From: Mobula hypostoma
Lineage: Eukaryota
NCBI RefSeq assembly: GCF_963921235.1
Contig: NC_086107.1
Location: forward strand, 112,222,001-112,286,000
DNA: 64,000 bases
Direction of reading: 5' to 3'
The translations under genes and the position numbers were made by a program. The notes beneath the pieces were generated by a model. It saw only the letters and a program-made list of their open reading frames with translations. It was not told the origin of the DNA and made no database searches. Below are positions 48,232-60,440 of the stretch, in pieces. The first letter of the stretch is position 1. Every line of letters begins with the position of its first letter.

Positions 48232-49530
48232 CGCAACACACACAAAAAGCTGAAGGAACTCAGCAGGTCAGGCAACATCTATGGAAATGTTGCTGGTGGC
48301 CAGTGCGATCATGTTTGCTGTTGTGTGCTGGGGCAGCAGGCTGAGGGTAGCAGACACCAACAGAATCAACAAACTCATTCGTAAGGTCAGTGATGTTGTG
48401 AGGATGGAACTGGACTCTCTGACGGTGGTCTCTGAAAAGAGGATGCTGTCCAAGTTGCATGCCATCTTGGACAATGTCTCCCATCCACTACATAATGTAC
48501 TGGTTGGGCACAGGAGTACATTCAGCCAGAGACTCATTCCACCAAGATGCAACACAGAGCGTCATAGGAAGTCATTCCTGCCTGTGGCCATCAAACTTTA
48601 CAACTCCTCCCTTGGAGGGTCAGACACCCTGAGCCAATAGGCTGGTCTTGGACTTATTTCCTGGCATAATTTACATATTACTATTTAACTATTTATGGTT
48701 TTATTACTATTTAATAGCCAATAGACAGGTCCTGGACTTATTTTCCATCTGGCATAGTTTTGCATTTTGTTGTCTGATTGTTGGGGTTTTTTGTATTGCT
48801 ATATTTACGTTCTATTCTTGGTTGGTGCAGCTGTAACAAAACCAAATTTCCCTCGGGATTAATAAAGTATATCTATCTATCTATCTATCTATCTATCTAA
48901 TTATTTATGGTGCAACTGTAATGAAAACCAATTTCCCCCGGGATCAGTAAAGTATGACTATGACTATAAATGAATGTCCAGTAGATGTTTCGGGCTGAGA
49001 CCCTTCATCAGGACTGGAAAGGATGGGGGCAGAAGCCAAAATAAGAAGGTGGCTAGGAGGGGAAGGAGGACAAACTAGAAGGTGATAGGTGAGGGGGAAG
49101 GTAAGTGAGTGTGGGTGTGGGGATGAAGTAAGAAGCTGGAAGGTGAGAAGTGGAAAAGGCAAAGGGTCAGAAAAGAAGGAATCTGATAGGAGAGTTGAAA
49201 GTGGATCATCTGAGAAAGGGAAGGAGAAGGGGAACCAAGAGGAGGCGATAGGCAGGTGAGAATAAGAGGCAAGAGCGGGGAAATAAAGAAGGGAGAAGTG
49301 GGAGGGAAAGCAATTTCTTGGAAATTGGAGTAATGAATGTTCATGCTGTCAGGTTGGAGGCTTCCCAGACGAAATATAAGGTGTTGTTCCTCCAACCTGA
49401 GAGTGGTCTCATTATGGTAGAAGAGAAAGCCATGGGCCTACAGGTCAGAATGGGATTGGGAATCGGAATTGAAATGGTTGGCCTTCAGGAAATTCCACTT
49501 TTTGTGGATGAAGCTGAGGTGCTTGACAGA
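48232..49530 (-). mobile_element. Penelope-like 3' fragment split by a Rex1 insertion
   Basis: EEQHLIFRLGSLQPDSMNI; pLTR broken at aaatg (about 48285 and 48968). Confidence 0.85.
48288..48966 (+). mobile_element. Rex1-like LINE 3' end with a nested sister-family 3' UTR
   Basis: VASAIMFAVVCWGSRLRVADTNRINKLIRK...; (ATCT)n and (ATGACT)n tails. Confidence 0.9.
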
Positions 49531-49589
49531 TCCTTGAGTTGGTTTTTGATTGGTTGTTAGATTTGTGCAGTTCCTTAAATGATATTCTC

Positions 49590-49925
49590 CGAGAGGACCA
49601 GAACCTTCTTGTAGGGTTTGGAGGCTTGTGTGCCTCAATGATCCAGAGAGCTACATTGGCTGGAGTTAGGGCCTTGTGCTTTGGCTCTAGGGAGGGTGAC
49701 CCATGACAAACAGATTAAAGGATAGGGCCCAGACTAAGAGTGGACCACCAGACCTCGAATTTCAGTGGGGGGGGGGGTCAGCTCAGGGCTAACAACCCTG
49801 ACTGGTCAAAAAAGATTGTTACGGATATAGCAGTAAAGAATCCTTCCATATCTTTGTGTAACAGTATGGAGATTGAGGACCTTCATTGCTGCCGTAAACA
49901 CCAGGGGCATAACGGGAAGTAAGCA
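49590..49925 (+). mobile_element. Bipartite non-autonomous RTE-derived element
   Basis: RTE-type 5' UTR joined to an ORF-terminal remnant RTFIAAVNTRGITGSK and short agtaagc tail. Confidence 0.65.
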
Positions 49926-49934
49926 AGTTAGAAG

Positions 49935-50410
49935 TTGTGAACTGCATGTGGAAGAGTTTTTAAAGTGGAAAGGCTGTTGCATCGGAGCGGTTCCACTCTC
50001 TCAATCTCAGAATTTCAGGGTCCAGTCATCACAACTGGTGTCTTCCTTGATTGCAGGAGATGACCATGACTTCTTCCGTGCTTTGTCATGTCCTTTGCTC
50101 TCCAGGAACCGCCTTCCTGCCATTCGAGCTCACTGTTGATCTTATCCACCCAGATGGCCAGAACTGACTTCATATGCTAAGACGGGCATGTCCCTGTCTC
50201 CCCAGGGTATGAGGCACACTGGCTACCCTCACTTGGCCTGCCTGTTGAAATGGTTTACTGGGGTGTGGCTGCTTTCAAATGCAAACAGCTGCTTGGAGCC
50301 AGAGGTGAGAGCTGAGTTTCTGGTGGGAAGCAAAGGTGAGTGAGCTATACCAGAATGGACACGACAAGCTCCTTCACCAGAGGTGCTACCCATCCATGGA
50401 CACTCCACAC
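49935..50410 (-). mobile_element. Non-coding RTE-like repeat; second copy at 54230-55500 is split by Penelope
   Basis: Shared blocks ttttaaagt...ccactctct...gtcttcct...ggcatgtccct...ggctacc...ccatggacactcc in both copies. Confidence 0.55.
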
Positions 50411-50659
50411 GACCCTCTCCTACCTCCCTGAGTTAGCAGTGCCTGCAAATGAACTTGCCAATGGTACCACATGGATGGGGGGGTTCTGTTGGTCTCCTAC
50501 CAGAAGATAACTTCCCACACTTCTGGAATCTCAAGGCATCCTTTCCCTACAAAGTGCCAGTAACCACACTTCACGTGCATTTCATTGGTTGTAAAGCACT
50601 ACCAGATATTTCTATAAGATAGAGAGATGGAGATAAGTGAGATAGAGAGCTTAGTGACA

Positions 50660-51420
50660 TTGTGTCATGACCACAACCTTTCCCTCAATATCAACAAGAT
50701 AAAAGAGCTGGTCATTGACTTCGGAAAGGGAGTCAGAACATATGTTCCTCCACCGTGTTGAGGTTGAGAGGGTTGAGAACTTCAAGTTCCCAAGTCTGAA
50801 CGTTACCAATTGGCTATCCTAGTCCAACCACATCGTTATCACGGCCAAGGCAACTCACCAGCTCCTCTATTTCCACAGGAGGCTAAAGAAATTCAGCATA
50901 TCCCCATTGATCCATGGATGCATAATGCCTTGGTATGCACACGACTGTAAGCAACCTCAGAGAGTTGTGGACACAGCTCAGCACATCACAGGAACCAGCC
51001 TCACCTTTATGGACTCTTTACTTCTCACTGCTTCAGTAATGCAGACACCATAATCAGACCCTTCCTACACACCCTGGAAATCCTCTCTTCTCCCCACTCC
51101 CATCAAGCATAAAATACAAAAGCCTGAAAGCACGTACCACCAGGTTCAAGGACAGCTTCTACCCTGGTGCGATCAGACTCTTGAATTAACCTTTCATATG
51201 ATAAGATTGACTCTTGGCCTCATAATCTACCTTCTTATGAACTTGCACTTTATCATTTACCTGCACTGCACTCTCTCAGTAGCTTTCACACTTTATTCTG
51301 CGTTGTTCTTGTTTTACCTCATTCTAGCTCAATGGACTGTGTAATGATTAGATCTGTATGAACATTAGACAAACATTTCACTGTATCTTGATACCTGTGA
51401 CAACAATAAGCCAATACCAA
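50660..51420 (+). mobile_element. Degraded Rex1/Babar-type LINE 3' fragment
   Basis: CHDHNLSLNINKIKELVIDFGK...VENFKF...RFKDSFYP. Confidence 0.8.
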
Positions 51421-51799
51421 TGGCTATTTAATCCTGAAGAAGGGTCTCATCCTGAAATGTCGATTCTTTAATCATTTATGTGAATGATGAGTCCCTCCAG
51501 CATTTTGTCTGTGTTTCTCTGTATTTCCAGCGTCTGCAGACACTGTTGTGTGTCTGAATTTTGCTCAACCCTGAATCTCATTGTGTGCTGTCCATGGTGC
51601 TGAAATCTCCTGTTTGAACCCACGCACACTCTGGAGTAGGTCCAGAGCCACGGTAATGAAACATGCTTCAGCTCCACGAGTGCTCAAAGTGACAAAGGAG
51701 AATTTGGGATGTTATTGAGAACAATGACTCAATGCATCGGGAGCACAGACGGATCACTTGTAACCATTTGATGGTACACACTAATTTACAGTACAACGT

Positions 51800-52475
51800 A
51801 TAACCCCTGTTTCCACCCAGGGGGTCAGTGTGGACATGGTGGAGGATTACAAATACCTGGGGATACGAATTGACAATAAACTGGACTGGTCAAAGAACAC
51901 TGAGGCTGTCTACAAGAAGGGTCAGAGCCGTCTCTATTTCCTGAGAAGACTGAGGTCCTTTAACATCTGCTGGATTATGCTGAGGATGTTCTACGAGTCT
52001 GTGGTGACCAGTGTGATCATGTTTGCTGTTGTGTGCTGGGGCATCAGGCTGAGGGTAGCAGACACCAACAGAATCAACAAACTCATTCGTAAGGCCAGTG
52101 ATGTTGTGGGGATGGAATTGGACTCTCTGACGGTGGTATCTGAAAAGAGGATGCTGTCCAAGTTGCATGCCATCTTGGATAATGTACTGGTTGGGCACAG
52201 GAGTACATTTAGCCAGAGACTCATCCCACCAAGATGCAACACAAAGTGTCATAGGAAGTCATTCCTACCTGTGGCCATCAAACTTTACAACTCCTCCCTT
52301 GGAGGGTCAGACACCCTGAGCCAATAGGCTGGTCCTGGACTTATTTCCAGGCATAATTTACATATTACTATTTAATTATTTATGGTTTTATTACTATTTA
52401 ATTATTTATGGTGCAACTGTAACGAAAACCAACTTCCCCCGGGATCAATAAAGTATGACTATGACTATGACTATG
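51800..52475 (+). mobile_element. Rex1-like LINE 3' end, young subfamily
   Basis: VEDYKYLGIRIDNKLDWSKNTEAVYKKGQSRLYFLRRLRSF...; (ATGACT)n tail. Confidence 0.9.
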
Positions 52476-53069
52476 AAACACAAGAAGAGTAGGAATTTCA
52501 AGTTGTTTACATTCTCTGATATTAAATTGAACCATTGAACATGTGACAATAATAAAGAAATACCTATACTTCCTATAACTAAAACCTTCCTTTCCAGGCA
52601 ACGTCCTGCATGGTCCGGTTCAAATCGTTACTCCACGAGGTTCACTCATCTCTACACCCAACAGTGGCTGTGGCCTGCAACAATCACAGTGTGACCTCAC
52701 CTTTGTCAGCTTCAGTTCTGAATGCTATTTGCTTACTTATGTTGTTTGCACATTTTGTTTTTCTTTATTTTCTTCTCTGCATGTTGGGTGTTTGGCAGTC
52801 TTCTTTTGCTTTAATCGGTTCTATTGGGTTTCTTTGTTTTGTAGCTGCCCGTAAAAAGGCGAATCTCAAGGTTGTATAAAGTATACATACTTTGATAATA
52901 AATGCTCCTTGACTTGACTTTGACTTGCACTGCTAAAGTATGATGATCAGAACTGCACATTTTTTTTGGTGGGATACTAAAGGATCACAGATGGGTTGCA
53001 TCAGTTCATGATTCGTGCCAACCATTTGATGAAAGTCTAATTGGAAAAGACACCATATTTTGGATAATA

Positions 53070-53600
53070 AACATGAGAAAGTCTGCAGATGCTAGAAATC
53101 CAAAGCAATACACACAAAATGCTGGAGGAACTCCAGGTCAGGCAACATCTATGGAAATTAATAAATAATCAATGTTTCGGGCCTTCAGGACTGTAAAGGG
53201 GAAGATGCCAGAATAAAAGCTGGGTAGAGAGGAAGGAGACTAGCTAGAAGGTGGTAGATGAAGACAGGAGGGTGGGAAAGGTAAAGCACTGGAATCTGAT
53301 AGGAGTGGAGAGTGAACCATGGGACAAAGGAAGGGAGGAGGGACAAAGTGGGAAGTGATAGGCTGGAGAGAAAAGGTAAGAATCCAGAGTGGGGAATAGA
53401 AGAAAAGGGGAGGGGCGGGATTTTTTTCACCAGAGGAGAAATTGATATTCATTCCATCAAGCTGGAGGTTACCCAGATGGAATATAAGGTGTTGGTCCTC
53501 CACCCTGAGGGTGGACTCATCTTTGCACAAGTAGAGGCATGGACCAACATGTCAGAATGGGAATGGGAATTGAAATTAAGATGTTTGGCCACCAGGAAGT
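53070..53600 (-). mobile_element. Penelope-like 3' fragment plus pLTR
   Basis: VAKHLNFNSHSHSDMLVH...LRVEDQHLIFHLGNLQLDGMNI. Confidence 0.85.
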
Positions 53601-53875
53601 TCAAACTATTTACCTGCTCCATTTGCGGAGGAAACTGCAACTCCCATATTCATTACCTATTTCAGAACCCACATAGCCTGAAATGGACTAAGTCATCCTT
53701 GAATCCTAAAGATCGTCTGAGGAGAGGAATTGCTTTTGTTAATTAAATAGATGAGATCCTATAACGCTCTACAGGCCATCTTGTTAAGTCAGTAGTGTGT
53801 TGTTTCAAATAGTCTAGGGGCAGTACTTGTGCCTTCAGCACACCAAGCCAAATGCAGCACAGATTAGGAATAAAG

Positions 53876-54160
53876 TTCTTCTTCTTCTTCTTCTTAAACC
53901 CATTACCCCTACTAGGGCACAGGCCGGTGACTGAAGCTCACTCAGAGTCCTTTGTCCTGGGCCAAAGGTTGATCACCCCTGTGCCTTCTGCTTTCACCAC
54001 ACGACTTCGTACACCTACTAGGCCAAGGTTTTTCCTCTCCCAGGGATGAAGTCTTTGGAGGTTCTGTTAGAATTTCTAAAACTCTGGGCTTTTATGGAAT
54101 GAGGTTGTGAGCCCCGTGCCCAACCCTCCTTTCGCAGCCGGGCTTGGGACCATCAATGGT
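53876..54160 (-). mobile_element. Short RTE-like non-autonomous element with (AAG)n tail
   Basis: (TTC)n at 53876-53895; reverse UTR-like ggttgtgagccccgtgcccaaccc. Confidence 0.45.
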
Positions 54161-54337
54161 GGAAAGGATATCAGTGGAAAAAACAAGATGAGGAAAGAGT
54201 CCAAGTTAGCTTTACAGTAAAGTTTACGCTGGTTGGTTAGTTGTTGCCCATCATATCTGACAATGACAGGAAACCTGTGCGAGAGAGATTTTAAAGTCTA
54301 AAGTTCTTGATCTCAAAGCTCCACTCTCTTGATCTCG

Positions 54338-55183
54338 CAAACACAAGGAATTCTGCAGATGCTGGAAATTCAAGCAACACACATCAAAGTTGCTGGTGAA
54401 CGCAGCAGGCCAGGCAGCATCTCTAGAAAGAGGTACAGTCGACGTTTCGGGCCGAGACTCTTCGTCAGGACTGGTGAAAGTAAAGCGGTGGGGGCCAGGG
54501 AACTTAAAATCATCGAAAAGTTTAAGAGCGTGAGAAGTGTCGCGAACATAGGTAGGAAGGGATTGAACAAGGGGGGATAAAACCGTGTCGAGGTATGCAG
54601 AAACGAGTTCGGTGGGGCAGGAGCAAGCTGAGACAATAGGTCGGCCAGGACAGGCAGGTTTGTGGATCTTGGGTAGGAGATAGAAACGGGAAGTGCGGGG
54701 TGTGGGAACTATAAGGTTGGTAGCAGTGGATGGGAGATCCCCTGAGCGGATAAAGTCGGTGATGGTGTGGGAGACAATGGCCTGGTGCTTCTTAGTGGGG
54801 TCACGATCGAGGGGTAAATAAGAGGAGGTATTCGTGAGTTGTCGCTGTGCCTCGGCAAGGTAGAGGTCAGTGCGCCAGACTACAACTTATCATCGGGTTT
54901 AATAGTAAGGTTAGGATTAGTGCGGAGGGAGTGGAGAGCAGAGCGTTCCGAAGGAGTGAGGTTGGAATGGGAACAAGGTGCGGTGAAGTCGAGATGGTTG
55001 ATGTCCCGTCGGCAGTTAGCAATAAAGAGATCCAGAGCAGGCAGAAGACCAGAGCGGGGTGTCCATGAAGAGGAGGAGGGTTGAAGACGGGAGAAGGGGT
55101 CATCGGTGGGGGTGGAAGCGTCCTTGCCGAAGAAGTAGGCTTGGAGACGGAGACGGCGGAAGAAGAGTTCCGCATCATGGCGA
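54338..55183 (-). mobile_element. Penelope-like insertion: RT N-terminal fragment fused to the pLTR end, with TSD
   Basis: FFRRLRLQAYF...SNLTPSERSALHSLRTNPNLTIKPDDK, then FYLLPKIHKPACPGRPIVS; 13-bp TSD tctcttgatctcg at 54325-54337 and 55184-55196. Confidence 0.9.
54436..54473 (-). ncRNA. Minimal hammerhead ribozyme in a pLTR
   Basis: cagtc-CTGACGA-a-gagtctcggccc-GAAA-cgtc-gactg (one stem II mismatch). Confidence 0.65.
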
Positions 55184-55887
55184 TCTCTTGATCTCGTAAG
55201 TCCAGGTCCAGTGATCTGAGTAGGCATCACAATTGGGGTCTTCCTCGGTTGCAGTGGATGACCTCGTTAGGCTATTCACTTTCCATGGAGGATGCAGACC
55301 TCCTTCCTGGATATTGGATCTTATTGAAGATCTCATCTACCAGTCCACCGAAGCTGACTTCGCGTACTAGGACAGGCATGTCCCTATCTCACTGGGGTAT
55401 GAGACCACCGGCTACCTTCACCTGGTTTAGCCAACTCACAGGTCATGGGTTAGATACTGACTAAATCATTCCCTGCACTATTCCATGGACACTCCCAGGG
55501 TCAGTACAAGATACATTAATATAAATCCCCCACTCTACTCTGAAACAGATATTCCCAAGGTATTTATTTATTTGTTTGTTTGTTTGTTTGAGATACAGCG
55601 CAGAACAGGTCTCTCTGGCCTCTCTGGCCCTTCAAGTCACGCCACCTAGCAACCCCCGATTTAACCCTAACCTAGTCTCGGGACAATTTACACTGACCCA
55701 TTAACCTACCAACTGGTACGTCTTTGGACTGTGGGAGAAAGCCCACACAGTCGTGGGGAGAGGGTGCAAACTCATTACATAACAGTGACGAGTAGCATGA
55801 GTTAGGTACAGAATAAAGGCCCCTCTTCAGTTACCCATCCACCCATTCCAAGGCAGTTACATGCTGTGCCAGTCTTCCCCTACACTT

Positions 55888-56065
55888 CACACACTAAATG
55901 CTGGAGGAACTCAGCAGGCCAGGCAGTGGCTATGGAAAAGAGCAAACAGTCAAGGTTTCAGGCCGAGTCCCTTTCATCAGAGTCTTGTTGACTGCTTACT
56001 CTTCTCCATCGATTCTGCCTGGCCTGCTGAGTTCCTCCAGCATTTTGCGTGTGTTGCTTTGGCTT
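55888..56065. repeat. Inverted pair of Penelope pLTR ends
   Basis: aaatgctggaggaactcagcaggccaggcag ... ctgcctggcctgctgagttcctccagcattt. Confidence 0.85.
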
Positions 56066-56606
56066 TTTCGGGCTCCTCTACATGACCCCAGATTCTGAAA
56101 TCTGGGATAATACAGGACAAGGCTTCCTCTACACACTTCCATTAGGTGATACCCCAGCACCTAAAGAAAAGACTACGCATGCATTTAACACCCCTCTACA
56201 CTGTCCTTTGCCCATCAAGCATTTAGAAGGCAAAGACTATATGTGTGAAGCTTCCTCGACAGTCCGCACTCTCACATCAAGCTGTCGTGGAAAGTGGACA
56301 TTTATCAAAACATATTGGAGGCATGGGAGTGAGAACAAACATGTAACAACACAGACTTTGAATGACAGCAAAATAAACTAGATTTGTTCTAACACCGGTA
56401 TCAGCTCACACCAGTCACTGTCTGCCTAATTTCTTCTTTGTATCGGGCCCTAATCCCTGACAAGGTTTGCCTTTTCATTTTTTTTGTTATTATTGAAACT
56501 CCCTCAGTCCCCACTGCAGCCTTATCGAAGCTATATTTATTTCACAGTGCCCAGGCTAAAATACTTCCTCTGGTTAACACCTGCATTATTTCAGAAACCT
56601 GCATTT

Positions 56607-56786
56607 ACAGTGGTGCTAGAAAGTTTGTGAACCCTGTAGGATTTTCTCTATTTCTACATAAGCATGACCTAAAATGTGATCGGATCTTCACATAAGTCCT
56701 AAAACTAGATAAAGAGAAACCAGTTAAATAAATAACACAAAACATTATACTTGTTCATTTATTTATTGAGAAAAATTATCCAATAT
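56607..56786 (+). mobile_element. Terminal fragment of a second Tc1-like family
   Basis: Begins TA-cagtggtgctagaaagtttgtgaaccc, a Tc1-type terminus; other end absent. Confidence 0.65.
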
Positions 56787-56789
56787 GTG

Positions 56790-58292
56790 CTATGCACCTT
56801 TTTTTGTTAACCATGGCCTCAATATCTCTTGAAAATCACTTATTCTGACCAGCACATATGAAGATTTGTACTCACAAAATTTCATTTTTGAAACTCTTAC
56901 TTTCCAAGTACACCTTTGCCAGAAAACAGCCTGTCCTAACCCACACTTAACAGATCCTTTCTAATACCATCAAAATTGGCCTTTCTCCAGTTCAGAATCT
57001 CAACCTGCGAACCTGACCTATCTTTTTTCCATATCTATTTTGAAACTAATTGCATTATGATCACTAGGATGCAAAGTGTTTCCCCATATAAACTTTTGTC
57101 ATTTGCCTAATAGCAGATCAAGTATCGCACAGTCTCTCACTGGGACTTCTATGAACTGATTAAGAAAGCTTTCCTGAACACGTTTGACAAACTCTATCCC
57201 ATCTAATCCATTTATAGTAAGGGATTACCAGTCAATTATGTGGAAAGTTAAAATCACCTACTATAACACATTATGTTTCTTGCTCTAATCTGTGATCTTT
57301 CTACAAATTCGTTCCTCTAAATCCTGAGGACTATTGGGTCCTCTGTAATATAACCCCATTAATTCTGAAATGCCTGGTTTTGCTGCCGCTGCTACTGTGC
57401 GACCAAGAATCTCCGGAGGGAAGGCCCCAAAATCCCCGGCTTTGCCTGCTGCTGGCGACCGAGGCTGAGGTCGAATCGTTCGGATAGAGATGGTGCTCAG
57501 TACTCGGTGTCAGAGGGCTGATCAGAGCTCGAAGTTTTCGGATGACTCAGAGTCGGACTGTGGTCGGGCATGGCAGGGAGAGTTTTCTTCCTTCTCCCGT
57601 CTGCGTGAGATGTGGGACTTTCGAGAGACTTTGAACTTTTTTACTGTGCTCATGGCCTGTTCTTCATCAAGTTATGGTATTGTTGCACTGTTGTAACGAT
57701 ATGTTATAATTATGTGGTTTTTGTCAGTTTTTCAGTCTTGGTCTGTCCTGTGTTTCTGTGATATCACACCGGAGGAATATTGTATCATTTCTTAATGCAT
57801 GCATTACTAAATGACAATAAAAGAGGACTGCATGTCCTCATAATCTAATCTAATCTAATGTGGTCATACCTTTCTTATTTCTCATTTCCATCCATAACTC
57901 CTCACTAGATGAGTTCTCTAGTCTGTCCTCACCGGGCACTTCTGTGGTATTTTCCCTGACTAATAATGCCACCCCTCTTCCTTTAATCCCTCCCACTCTG
58001 TCGCATCTAAAACAACAGAACCCCAGAATACTGAGCTGCCCCTCCTGCCCCTCCTACAACCAAGTCTCACTAATGGCTACAATATCATAATTCCAGGTGT
58101 TGATCCACGCCCTGAGCTCATCTGCCTTTCCTACGAGACTTCTTGCATTGAAGTATAGGCAGCTCAGGACGCTAGTCCCACCACGCTGAACCTTTTGATT
58201 CCTGACTTTGTCTGAGGTTTTAACAACATCTTTCTCCAGAACAACTCCACTATCTGTTCTGGCAATCTGGTTCCCATCCCCATGCAACTCTA
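56790..58292 (-). mobile_element. CR1 LINE endonuclease region, interrupted at 57364-57858
   Basis: LSCLYFNARSLVGKADELRAWINTWNYDIVAISETWL (APE-endonuclease start). Confidence 0.9.
57364..57858 (+). mobile_element. 5'-truncated variant of the CpG-rich (TAATC)n retroposon nested in CR1
   Basis: Homologous to 8913-9542; tail taatctaatctaatc; flanked by taat. Confidence 0.8.
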
Positions 58293-58459
58293 GTGTTTAT
58301 GATTTAATGAAGCGTTAATGAGATAATGAAGAGTTAATGGCATGCAGTTCTGGTCACATAGTAACAGGAAAGATTGAAAGAGTAAATTTACAAGGATGTT
58401 TCCAAGACTTGAGGACCATTATGAAAGGGAAAGGTTGAACAGGTTAGGACCACCAGGAA

Positions 58460-59117
58460 TGGGTGCGAACGGTATGCTGGCATTTATAGCGAGAGGATTC
58501 GAGTACAGGAGCAGGGAGGTACTACTGCAGTTGTACAAGGCCTTGGTGAGACCACACCTGGAGTATTGTGTGCAGTTTTGGTCCCCTAATCTGAGGAAAG
58601 ACATCTTTGCCATAGAGGGAGTACAAAGAAGGTTCACCAGATTGATTCCTGGGATGGCAGGTCTTTCATATGAAGAAAGACTGGATGAACTGGGCTTGTA
58701 CTCGTTGGAATTTAGAAGATTGAGGGGGGATCTGATTGAAACGTATAAGATCCTAAAGGGATTGGACAGGCTAGATGCGGGAAGATTGTTCCCGATGTTG
58801 GGGAGGTCTAGAACGAGGGGTCACAGTTTGAGGATAGAGGGGAAGCCTTTTAGGACCGAGATTAGGAAAAACTTCTTCACACAGAGAGTGGTGAATCTGT
58901 GGAATTCTCTGCCACAGCAAACTGTTGAGGCCAGTTCATTAGCTATGTTTAAAAGGAAGTTAGATATGGCCCATGTGGCTACGGGGGTCAGGGGGTATGG
59001 AGGGAAGGCTGGGTTCTGAGTTGGATGATCAGCCATGATCATAATAAATGGCGGTGCAGGCTCGAAGGGCCGAATGGGCTACTCCTGCACCTATTTTCTA
59101 TGTTTCTATGTTTCTAT
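58460..59117 (+). mobile_element. Young CR1 LINE 3' fragment with open ORF2 remnant
   Basis: ANGMLAFIARGFEYRS...RPHLEYCVQFWSP...RKNFFTQRVVNLWNSLP uninterrupted; (tttctatg)3 tail. Confidence 0.95.
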
Positions 59118-59719
59118 GACTACATATCATCTCCAAAGTTTCTTTCCTGTAGCTCTCCTGCTTCTCAACAAAACTCACTCAGATGTAATACCCTAACTGT
59201 CCCTGCTCAACATCCGTTAAATGGTCTTTCCTGATCTCCTTGTTCTGCTGATAATTATTGAGTCTGTTCATATGTTCACATTTATTTAAATTATTATTAG
59301 CCTTTGCATATGTGACCGTTGTGCTCATTGTCGATCGCTGATGGCTGTTTGCACTATGGTCTTGTAAATTGTTGATTGCCATTGTGTTGTCTGTTATGGT
59401 ATTTCCCTGTGCTTTATGCTTGCACCAGACCACAGTCAATTCTGGGATGTTTCACATACTGACAAAAAAAAAGCATTTCTGGTTCTGAGTTTGAAGGATG
59501 TTGTCCTTTTGCAGCTCTAACATTGTAAAGCATACCATGCTTCTTCATAGGGTGTTTGACGTCGAGACACAAAGAAGGGTTAGCGGGGCAGGGGGACAAA
59601 GAGCAGTTCATCACATTGCTTTTTATAGTGGGATGGAGAGGCAAACAAGTTCAGAAAAGGAGTTCCAAAGCTCAGTTGAATACATGTCCACAAATATAGA
59701 TATGTCAATCTATAATGTC

Positions 59720-60440
59720 AATCCATGCTCTCTTCCTGCACCAAGATGAGGTCAGCCCTGCCCTTGACCTTTCCCATCCACCTGGCTTCACCTATCACCT
59801 TCCAGCTAGCTTCCTTCACCTCCCCTACCACCCCATCTTTTCATTCAGGCATCTTCCTCAAAATGTCAACGGTTTATTCATTTCCATAGATGCTGCCTGA
59901 CCTGTTTAATTCCTCCAGCATTCTGTGTGTGTTGCTTTGGATTGCTTGCACCTGCAGACTTCCTCATGTTTTAGATAATGATTAAAATCAGGATGTGCAA
60001 GAGGTCATAACTGGAGGAACACAGACACCTTCGTGTTTGTGAGGCTGGTGAAGGGTCAGATGTGGAGGTGGTCTCTACACCTTCCTGTCCAGATGGACAC
60101 GTTGTAAAGTGGTGCAGAGTGACACGTTGACAGAAAATATGACCAGAACCATCATCATCATGCATCTGTCCTGGGGACCTCCACAATGTGAGGTGAAAGG
60201 GTGGTATCATTGAGAGCCCTGAAAGACCAACGTGTCTGACGTAAACACAACAACATCTGCAGATGCTGGAAATCCAGAGCAACACACACAAAATGCTGAA
60301 GGAACTCAGCAGGTCAGGCAGCATCTGGAGACATGAATAAACAGTCAGCGTTTTGGGCTGAGACCCTTCTTCCGGACTGGAAATAGAGGGGGGAAGAATA
60401 AAAAGGTGGGGTGGGAAGGGGAAAACAGGAAAGCTAGAAC
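59720..60440. mobile_element. Two Penelope pLTR fragments (59720-59970 +, 60244-60440 -) flanking a unique spacer
   Basis: gatgctgcctgacctg...cctccagcatt and its reverse complement. Confidence 0.75.

Noticed and set aside
56070..56165. Minus-strand exon after acceptor tcttttctttag
   Set aside because: No convincing donor before the frame runs into a pLTR; peptide not recognisable
58396..59019. 207-aa ORF as a host gene
   Set aside because: It is the CR1 ORF2 C-terminus; its start comes from a chance fusion with an older CR1 fragment
59498..60240. Possible coding exons in unique spacers
   Set aside because: No consistent acceptor/donor pair with an open frame; translations not recognisable
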